Below are positions 29,966 to 36,023 of a DNA stretch of 64,000 bases, piece by piece. The DNA comes from Pirellulales bacterium (GTDB taxonomy: Bacteria; Planctomycetota; Planctomycetia; Pirellulales; UBA1268), in NCBI GenBank assembly GCA_016776925.1, contig JADHSL010000001.1:28311-92310 (forward strand), in the 5' to 3' direction. Each line of letters begins with the position of its first letter. The stretch's first letter is position 1. The notes under the pieces are model-generated. The model was not told where the DNA came from, made no database searches, and saw only the letters and a program-made list of their open reading frames with translations. Made by a program: the position numbers and the translations under genes.

Positions 29966-30451
29966 GACGTAGAGGTACCCGATAGAAAACCTTGAAAGAG
30001 ACAAAACAGCCTTAGTCATGGCGTTTTTAAAATCGTGCCCGTTCTCTCGGTTGGTGTAAACCGATCGTTTCGATCGTTTATCGGGTACGAAAACGGGTAC
30101 AGCTATCCACCTCCTTTGCATCAACCTCCGCTGCCAATCATCCCTGGATCGGGATGCCGAATCTTGGAGTCATCGTCACCCCGGTTGGATCAGACAGGGG
30201 CGGCGTTTTTTTGTATTCGCTTTCTGTCTCATTCTTCCGCCGAACCCCACCTATTAGCAACAAATGTTGGGGTCCTGTGTTCGTATTTTGGACAACGCCA
30301 GGACGTCCTGAATCTGCCACTTTTGCCGTCGTAATATCCCTACGCAACTTGGCCCGTCCGTAGGTTTCGTCATTTCCGTACGGGCGGGCTTTCTCATGCA
30401 CCAAACGAAACGCATTTTCACCCGTAGTAATTACTGGAAGCCACATCTGAA

Positions 30452-30494
30452 CCCGTCAGCAGCACATCCCCGTTACCTGCTGGCGGGTTTTTCT
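30452..30494 (+). terminator. intrinsic terminator-like hairpin plus T-tract
   Basis: CCCGTCAGCAG (30452-62) pairs with CTGCTGGCGGG (30477-87), giving 11 bp with one G-U pair. It is followed by TTTTTCT. Confidence 0.55.
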
Positions 30495-30522
30495 ATGCAC
30501 ACCGCTTCGTGCAGCAGTCTGT

Positions 30523-30551
30523 TAAACTGCACCCATGCAAGACGATCCACC
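30523..30551 (+). repeat. start module copy 1 (TAAACTGCACCCATGCAAGACGATCCACC)
   Basis: One of three near-identical 29-nt blocks. TAAACT lies 6 nt upstream of the ATG. Confidence 0.9.
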
Positions 30552-30630
30552 GACAGACGAGCCTGACGAATTCGATGGTATGTTAGACGATGCACCGTCA
30601 ACAGGGCTGCACATGCCTGAAGAAGACTAG
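30535..30630 (+). CDS. 31-aa acidic peptide MQDDPPTDEPDEFDGMLDDAPSTGLHMPEED
   Basis: Own translation (below the ORF-track cutoff). Shares the N-terminus with two neighbouring ORFs and MLDDAP(S/T)T with the third. Supported by paralogy only. Confidence 0.4.
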   Translation: MQDDPPTDEPDEFDGMLDDAPSTGLHMPEED

Positions 30631-30748
30631 GGCCGCATGGCCAATTCATACGCCCTGCCTTGTTTGCTGTAATGAAACCCTAATCGATTCTTCATTTAGG
30701 CCTAACTTAAGTCTGCAATAAAAATAAAGGAGTTGGAGAACCTCCGCC

Positions 30749-30804
30749 AGAACCACTCTTATCTTTTGATCCCCAATGCGAAGGTAAGAGTGGTTCTTCT
30801 TTAT
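30749..30804 (+). terminator. 13-bp perfect hairpin followed by a T-rich run
   Basis: AGAACCACTCTTA (30749-61) pairs with TAAGAGTGGTTCT (30785-97) across a 23-nt loop, followed by TCTTTAT. Confidence 0.35.
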
Positions 30805-30833
30805 CTAGCCCCGTCTTGTTTGCGGTAGTCTTC

Positions 30834-30862
30834 TAAACTGCACCCATGCAAGACGATCCACC
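30834..30862 (+). repeat. start module copy 2
   Basis: TAAACTGCACCCATGCAAGACGATCCACC, identical to copy 1. Confidence 0.9.
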
Positions 30863-31040
30863 TGAAGACGAATTCGACGGCATTCCGCTGGTTACGTGTA
30901 CATTTTGTAACAAACAGGTAAGCGACAGCGTGAAGCGATGCCCCTACTGCGGAAGGCAATTAATTGCAGAATGGAACTGGTTAATTTGGATGTATGTTGT
31001 GGTTATTGCTGGTGCATCATATTACCTATTTCGGCAATAA
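30846..31040 (+). CDS. 64-aa protein: MQDDPP acidic N-terminus, zinc ribbon, C-terminal membrane span
   Basis: ORF track. CTFC..12..CPYC zinc ribbon, then WNWLIWMYVVVIAGASYYLF. Confidence 0.5.
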   Translation: MQDDPPEDEFDGIPLVTCTFCNKQVSDSVKRCPYCGRQLIAEWNWLIWMYVVVIAGASYYLFRQ

Positions 31041-31051
31041 ATAACCCAGAA

Positions 31052-31080
31052 TAAACTGCACCTATGCAAGACGATCCGCC
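31052..31080 (+). repeat. start module copy 3
   Basis: TAAACTGCACCTATGCAAGACGATCCGCC (2 mismatches). Confidence 0.9.
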
Positions 31081-31156
31081 AGAAGACGACGATGATCTGA
31101 GCGAAATGCTGGACGACGCACCCACCACACCACCAAATCCATACGGGGAGGAATGA
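31064..31156 (+). CDS. 30-aa acidic peptide MQDDPPEDDDDLSEMLDDAPTTPPNPYGEE
   Basis: Own translation. Its stop TGA overlaps the ATG of the next gene (ATGA at 31153-31156). Confidence 0.45.
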   Translation: MQDDPPEDDDDLSEMLDDAPTTPPNPYGEE

Positions 31157-31512
31157 TGAAGTTTTCAGTTGCTGCTGTGGTTCTTCTTGCGTTGGGTGGG
31201 TGTTCACAAAAAGTAACTCTTGAAGACTTGGGTAACCTCAAACACGAGACAAGTCTTAGTGACGTTAAAAGGCTTTTGGGGGAACCCGACCGGGAATTAG
31301 CATTTGGTACAACTCCTGATTATCGTCTTCATCTAGTGGTATATGTAGTTGGTTGGGAGGAGTTTCTACTGATCTTCGATAGAGGATCAGAACTGCCAGA
31401 ATCAGAATTTATTTTGAATGGGAAACAAAGACTCACAGCCAAAAAGAAAAAATTGTTAGCGGATGATTATTTGAACAAGTTTGAAAAACCTATCCCACTG
31501 TCTTGGCAATAA
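31153..31512 (+). CDS. small lipoprotein
   Basis: 119 aa. Signal peptide plus lipobox (VVLLALGGC). The SLSDVKRLLGEPD segment is reminiscent of BamE/SmpA-OmlA-like small lipoproteins. Confidence 0.55.
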   Translation: MMKFSVAAVVLLALGGCSQKVTLEDLGNLKHETSLSDVKRLLGEPDRELAFGTTPDYRLHLVVYVVGWEEFLLIFDRGSELPESEFILNGKQRLTAKKKKLLADDYLNKFEKPIPLSWQ

Positions 31513-31546
31513 CAAAAAGGGCGGTAACGAATAAACGCTGCCGCCC
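31506..31546. repeat. repeat/hairpin copy 1 (GCAATAACAAAAAGGGCGGTAACGAATAAACGCTGCCGCCC)
   Basis: Stem 31519-26 / 31539-46. Near-identical to 32765-32801. Confidence 0.85.
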
Positions 31547-31623
31547 TCACTACTGTTCGTAGCGGGGCTCTCGTCTAATCCCAATAGAACGGATTAAACC
31601 GCTGTAGGCGATTGCTGTAGACT

Positions 31624-32745
31624 TTGTCCGAATGTCCGAAAGTTTTTACTCAGAAGGGGGAAAGTATTATTAAAAAGAGTGAGGCCATAAAAGGTGCTTT
31701 TTTTGGCGCTGTAGTCGCGGACGCACTTTGTTTGGGAAGTCATTACGAATATGACGCCCAAAAGATTTATGAGGCCTGTGGCAAAAAATCGATTGAGAAA
31801 TTCATGTCTCCCGGTGAAATGATGGGCGGTCAAACTCATGGCATTGGATGGGGCGAGAGAAACTATCATCCCGGTAAAAAAGCGGGCGGCACAACCGACT
31901 ACGGCGATTATAATATTTTGGTCTTAGAACATTTGGCGGAAATAGCTGATCCACCCAGACCGTTCAGTGTCGCCGCGTTGATTCCCCACTGGATGAACCG
32001 CCTTGAACAGAGTTGGGGTTCATGGATCTGTACCATGACGCAAGAGACCTATGCCCAGGTCAAACAAGGTGTTCCGACTAAACATTTGGGCGGCATATCC
32101 AATGCCATGGCCATTCGCCATGTCGCAGCCCATGCCTATTATGAATCGGAAGAGGAGCTTGTTGATGTTGCCAGAAAGTCGATGTTTACACACAAAGACG
32201 CTCATGCCCTTGGTGGCGGAGAATTTTTTGCCCGCGTGACGCACCGGGTGATCCATGGCATGAAACCAAGGAGAGCTATTGAGGAGGTTGCCGCGCAGAT
32301 GGGCGGCTTTATCAAGGACAAAGCACTACAGGCAATCGCCAAGGTGGAAGAAGAAGCGGATCCAAATTCCGCACTTTTTAAAGAAGCGTTTAGCGACGAT
32401 CTCGCACTTACAAGTATGGCCAGACTTTGGGATGTCGGCCGCTCGGAACCGATCAAGGTAGGAAAAGCGAGCCCAACAGAGGGAACTCTACCGGGTGCCG
32501 TTTACTTTATCTTAAAATATGCCGAGCAAGAAGAGGGACTAAAAGGGGCGATGCAGGCCAATGCCATGGTAGGAGGCGACAACGCATCACGCAGTATCGC
32601 GATCGGCATGGTACTTGGAGCCTATAAGGGGGTTGAAGCAATTCCGCCAGAGTGGAAAGAGACATTCGATCAATGGACGTATTGCGAAAATTTATTAAAA
32701 AAGCTCCCCTTGCTCAGGAAAGTAACAATCATCGATCAGGACTAA
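31624..32745 (+). CDS. ADP-ribosylglycohydrolase family protein (islet-borne)
   Basis: 373 aa with a TTG start in the track. GAFFGAVVADALCLGSHYEYD and GGDNASRSIAIGMVLGA motifs of the ARH fold. Confidence 0.75.
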   Translation: MSECPKVFTQKGESIIKKSEAIKGAFFGAVVADALCLGSHYEYDAQKIYEACGKKSIEKFMSPGEMMGGQTHGIGWGERNYHPGKKAGGTTDYGDYNILVLEHLAEIADPPRPFSVAALIPHWMNRLEQSWGSWICTMTQETYAQVKQGVPTKHLGGISNAMAIRHVAAHAYYESEEELVDVARKSMFTHKDAHALGGGEFFARVTHRVIHGMKPRRAIEEVAAQMGGFIKDKALQAIAKVEEEADPNSALFKEAFSDDLALTSMARLWDVGRSEPIKVGKASPTEGTLPGAVYFILKYAEQEEGLKGAMQANAMVGGDNASRSIAIGMVLGAYKGVEAIPPEWKETFDQWTYCENLLKKLPLLRKVTIIDQD

Positions 32746-32764
32746 ACTTTCGGCGTTCGCTTCA

Positions 32765-32801
32765 GCAATAAAAAGGGCGGCAACGAATAAACGCTGCCGC
32801 C
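32765..32801. repeat. repeat/hairpin copy 2; probable terminator of the minus-strand nuclease gene
   Basis: GGCGGCA pairs with TGCCGCC (7 bp). On the minus strand the hairpin is followed by TTTTT. It sits between the convergent ARH and SNase genes. Confidence 0.6.
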
Positions 32802-32817
32802 GAATCTGATTAACGCC

Positions 32818-33281
32818 TTACCGTTTCCCCTTCCGCCAATCCCGCGGTGCTATTGGGTTCGGATCAGCCCACAGGCCGATCTTGCTTTCTTTGGCGTATC
32901 GTTCGGCGCGTTCTCTCATTCTTCCGTCTTGTCGTAACGGCGATACCACCACGCCATCCCCATACGCACCATCATGGTATTGATGGCCTGATCTTCAATG
33001 AAGATATATCCCAGCGTCCTGCCATAGCGATCCTTGCCACTACTCTTGATGGAGGCAGTCTTTCCAAAGGCAACGGCTGAGAGTGCTTGTTTGGCGTTGT
33101 TCCCAAAGGGCTGGCCCAGTTCCAGCGTATCAATACCAGACAGCCTTACCTTCAGTGTTTCATCTTCAGTGCGTAGCGTTAGCGTGCCGTCGTCATGAAC
33201 ACCAACCACCTTGCCAACGATCGTTGTGTCAGCGGCAAGGGTGAGGAGTGCTAGCAGGCAGAAGAGGGTTAGGGTTTTCAT
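32818..33281 (-). pseudogene. staphylococcal-nuclease (thermonuclease/SNase) homologue split by a frameshift
   Basis: The 121-aa ORF carries a signal peptide and the SNase core (VRLSGIDTLE, QPFG, DRYGRTLGYI). The expected C-terminus RERAERYAKESKIGLWADPNPIAPRDWRKGKR is in another frame (32919..32818). The two frames overlap as ATGA at 32916-32919. Confidence 0.7.
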
Positions 33282-33490
33282 GGCTGCAATGTACGCATTT
33301 TCTGCCGTGCGTTTTCTGGCTGATTCTTCGCCTAGATCCGAACTGCCAGCATTAAATAGGGGTGCCGCTTGTACGTCTTTTGGCTACCCTTGAACGGCTA
33401 GTGAACCGCCTGTCGTACTTGCCGTAATAGTGTGTATGTGGGAAGGGAACAGCCGCAGAAATTACTTACAAACAAACAAGGAATAAAAAG

Positions 33491-33772
33491 ATGACTTCTT
33501 TTTTAGATGCGGCACGACTTAGAATAGTGGTGCTGTGCTTTGTTATGTCACTCTTTGCATTTGCGGCTACGGTCAAGTTCAATCGCCACTGTCCCATTTG
33601 TTATTCGCCAGTGAAGGTTGAGTATGCTTTAAGTCTTGGCGTTTTAAGGTACCTCGGCGACTTCGATATAATCCATGAAAGCTGCATGGCTGCTTGGAGT
33701 GGTAATGGAGATCTTCTGAATTTCTTTAGCTTAGAATTTCTTAATAACGATTCTCAAAAGCATTCTGGGTGA
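33491..33772 (+). CDS. hypothetical small membrane protein with a CxxC...H..C motif
   Basis: 93-aa ORF with an N-terminal span IVVLCFVMSLFAFAA, then CPICYSP and HESC. Confidence 0.4.
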   Translation: MTSFLDAARLRIVVLCFVMSLFAFAATVKFNRHCPICYSPVKVEYALSLGVLRYLGDFDIIHESCMAAWSGNGDLLNFFSLEFLNNDSQKHSG

Positions 33773-34027
33773 AGCACCTTAAAGCCTTCAATAAACTCTG
33801 GTGACTTCCTGTGCTTCACTTTGTCAAGCAGAACGCAGATGGAAGGACGCGGTGGCGTGCGAAATCCCCCTAGAAATTAACTAAGTTGTTGCACGGCTGT
33901 CCTAGCCAGAGGTTTCGGCACTTCCTGAGCGCAGCGTTGGTATAGCCCCCCAAGGTTTTTATATCTCGTCATTGACAACTTCTGAACAGTGTCTTCTCAT
34001 ACGTCCTACTACTGAAACTAACAAAAG

Positions 34028-34354
34028 GTGGACGTGATGAAACTTTTTATAACCTTGAGTTTGTCGATTTGCCTGAGTCTGTATGTAGTGCAGACGGCGA
34101 GAGGTGCAGATCAACCTCCTACACAGGCCTCTTTTGAGAAATCGTTATTGGGTAAAAACCCTACAGAGGTGATGGCAATTATGGGTGGCCCACCGGGAAG
34201 GGTACGAGACACAGGCCTGGCGAAGTGTTGGAGATATTACTACCCGACCTATGATCCAGATTCTGAAAAAGTATTTGAGGAAGCATGTATCCATTTTGAC
34301 TTAGACAAAATCGTTGATCGCTGCTTTTATTTCGAAAAGTGCTATTTCAAGTAG
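34028..34354 (+). CDS. hypothetical small secreted protein
   Basis: 108-aa ORF; the likely start is the ATG at 34037. Signal peptide LFITLSLSICLSLYVVQTARG. Contains an LLGKNPTEVMAIMGGP motif similar to the 31153 lipoprotein. Confidence 0.45.
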   Translation: MDVMKLFITLSLSICLSLYVVQTARGADQPPTQASFEKSLLGKNPTEVMAIMGGPPGRVRDTGLAKCWRYYYPTYDPDSEKVFEEACIHFDLDKIVDRCFYFEKCYFK

Positions 34355-34513
34355 GACATTGGGACCAGCAAGAATTGCAGCACGTCTTTCGTCGGCTTGT
34401 CTCGTGCCGGGTTTACCTAACCAAAACTCGCGACCGTTTACTCGTAAACGTAAAAGACCTTTAACGGGGTGTAACCGTGGCTCAGGAAATGCCTTGTTAG
34501 ATCGTCTACCCAT
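34301..34513 (-). pseudogene. tyrosine-integrase N-terminal stub
   Basis: A GGAGGG ribosome-binding site precedes the ATG at 34513. MGRRSNKAFPEPRLHPVKGLLRLRVNGREFWLGKPGTRQADERRAAILAG resembles integrase N-terminal arm-binding regions. There is no catalytic domain. The 3' end is overlapped by another ORF. Confidence 0.45.
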
Positions 34514-34536
34514 CTTCGTACCCTCCGGATCGGCTC

Positions 34537-34574
34537 TTTTATCGGGTACGGTTTGAAATGCGTACCCGATAAAA
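34537..34574. promoter_or_regulatory. 14-bp perfect palindrome upstream of the integrase stub
   Basis: TTTTATCGGGTACG (34537-50) and CGTACCCGATAAAA (34561-74) are separated by 10 nt. The palindrome lies 24-61 nt upstream of the stub ATG. Confidence 0.5.
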
Positions 34575-34685
34575 ATGGAAACCATGATCCGAGCGGCACG
34601 ATCACGACGGGTGATCGGTACAGGTTTGTCCTTTGTTTCTACAGGCGTTCGACATTGCCGACAAACATTTGGTGCGGCATGCTTC

Positions 34686-34724
34686 AAAAACGAACCTCTT
34701 AGATGCTAAAAAAGAGGTTTTTGT
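34686..34724 (-). terminator. terminator of tRNA-Met (looks bidirectional); contains the right copy of the 17-nt core (34694-34710)
   Basis: AACCTCT (34693-99) pairs with AGAGGTT (34713-19). T5 runs follow the hairpin on both strands. Confidence 0.65.
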
Positions 34725-34738
34725 CTGAAGAAAGGAAA

Positions 34739-34812
34739 TAGCGGCGGCCGGACTTGAACCGGCGACCCCAGGCTTATGAAGCCTGTGCTCTAACCAACTG
34801 AGCTACACCGCC
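34739..34812 (-). tRNA. tRNA with CAU anticodon (elongator Met, or Ile2 if lysidine-modified)
   Basis: The reverse complement GGCGGTGTAGCTCAGTTGGTTAGAGCACAGGCTTCATAAGCCTGGGGTCGCCGGTTCAAGTCCGGCCGCCGCTA folds as a cloverleaf. D arm GCTC/GAGC; anticodon stem CAGGC/GCCTG with loop TTCATAA; T arm GCCGG-TTCAAGT-CCGGC. No CCA is encoded. Pair 1-72 is G-U in my fold. Confidence 0.85.
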
Positions 34813-34926
34813 CTCCTGAAAGTTCTGCCTGAAGAAGAACCTCGTCATAAGGTATCCACTATACCCCATCTTTTCAGTGGTGCATCTGTGAATAAAAAAG
34901 GTCTCGTGGGAAGAGAATTCTGACTT

Positions 34927-34965
34927 AAAAAAACAGGCTCGGGCTTCCTTTCAGAAACCCGAGCC
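34927..34965 (-). terminator. intrinsic terminator of gene 35017..35604
   Basis: GGCTCGGG (34936-43) pairs with CCCGAGCC (34958-65). On the minus strand the hairpin is followed by T7 (34927-33). Confidence 0.7.
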
Positions 34966-35016
34966 AACTATTGAGTCTGCCTGCTGTCCAAACAGAATTG
35001 GAAATCAGCGAATTGA

Positions 35017-35604
35017 CTATTCAACTAAGCCGCATGCAGCTTCGACAATGGTATTGATCTTTCCATCGTCCAATTCACCCTTTTTCAGAGCATGACTTGA
35101 GACAACTTTACTGCTCTTGTAACAGACAACAGTGAGGTCGGCTTCCGGAGCAATTTTGAGATTATCTGGTCCATTTTGAGAATCTTCGGGCACAACGAAT
35201 GCCACATTTTGAATACCATTGTCTTCTACGAACTTTGTTGCCGCATTTTTCAGGCTATCGCTATCTCCGCCGATCATGTTGACGAAGCCACAGAGTTTTG
35301 CATCGGCGTGTTCTTTGATTTCACCTTCAAGTTCAGTAACAAGTTTTGCCAATGATTGATCAGCAGTTCGGGCAAAGATCATGACAACAGGCCGACTGCC
35401 CATTCTGCATCGGTAACAAAGTCGTTTGCCATCTTCTACGCCATCACTTGGATTGCCAGCAGCCTTGGTTACGGTGAAGGCGCCAACACCGTCTCCTGGT
35501 TGCGGGCCACTTACAAGGTCTGCCATGCAGTAACTTGCTGTGGATACTAAAGCAATTGCCGCTATTCCGGCTGTGAGTCGTTGAAATGGTTTCAGGAACT
35601 CCAT
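35017..35604 (-). CDS. secreted hypothetical protein (possibly thioredoxin-like fold)
   Basis: 195 aa with a signal peptide (IAAIALVSTASYC) and a CYRC motif. No confident family. Confidence 0.4.
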   Translation of the reverse strand: MEFLKPFQRLTAGIAAIALVSTASYCMADLVSGPQPGDGVGAFTVTKAAGNPSDGVEDGKRLCYRCRMGSRPVVMIFARTADQSLAKLVTELEGEIKEHADAKLCGFVNMIGGDSDSLKNAATKFVEDNGIQNVAFVVPEDSQNGPDNLKIAPEADLTVVCYKSSKVVSSHALKKGELDDGKINTIVEAACGLVE

Positions 35605-36023
35605 CGAAAACTCCTACGTATATGTGGTGTACTGTTCGCTGACGGGCGAGTGATTTGTAATAAATCATCCGCTCAGCATCTTTCCGCACAATGTCGGGAA
35701 CACATGCCACGCTGGCATGAGGTAATCCCTGACTCAATATATAATAGTCTCTTCTTATTCTTTCGAACATAGCGCGGGTACGGTACATTCGGCAAGCGTG
35801 TCATAACAAAGCTCGATATCGTGTGGTTTCGGTAGTGCCAAGAAAAATGAGGTTCGAAATGCCCCCGCCAGTTCCCAAACCACACATTAAGCAGACGCAC
35901 TTATTTATTAATGGCCAATGGATTCCAGCGCAGTCTTGATGCCTACTTAGAGGATAAGACAGTCGCTGTTCGCCTAGGGTGAGTAGCTAAGTCAACGACC
36001 AATGCGATTGAAAGGGTACGTTC

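Larger units (their letters stand above)
29949..34710. mobile_element. decayed integrative islet at the 3' flank of tRNA-Met, bounded by a 17-nt direct repeat
   Basis: ACCTCTTAGATGCTAAA is present at both ends. An integrase N-terminal stub sits inside the tRNA-proximal end. The content is small ORFs, internal repeats and a frameshifted nuclease. Confidence 0.5.

Noticed and set aside
30035-30446. Three mutually overlapping ORFs at the left end of the islet
   Set aside because: None can be preferred, and none has recognisable features. The region is treated as decayed or non-coding (see the finding for 29985-30494).
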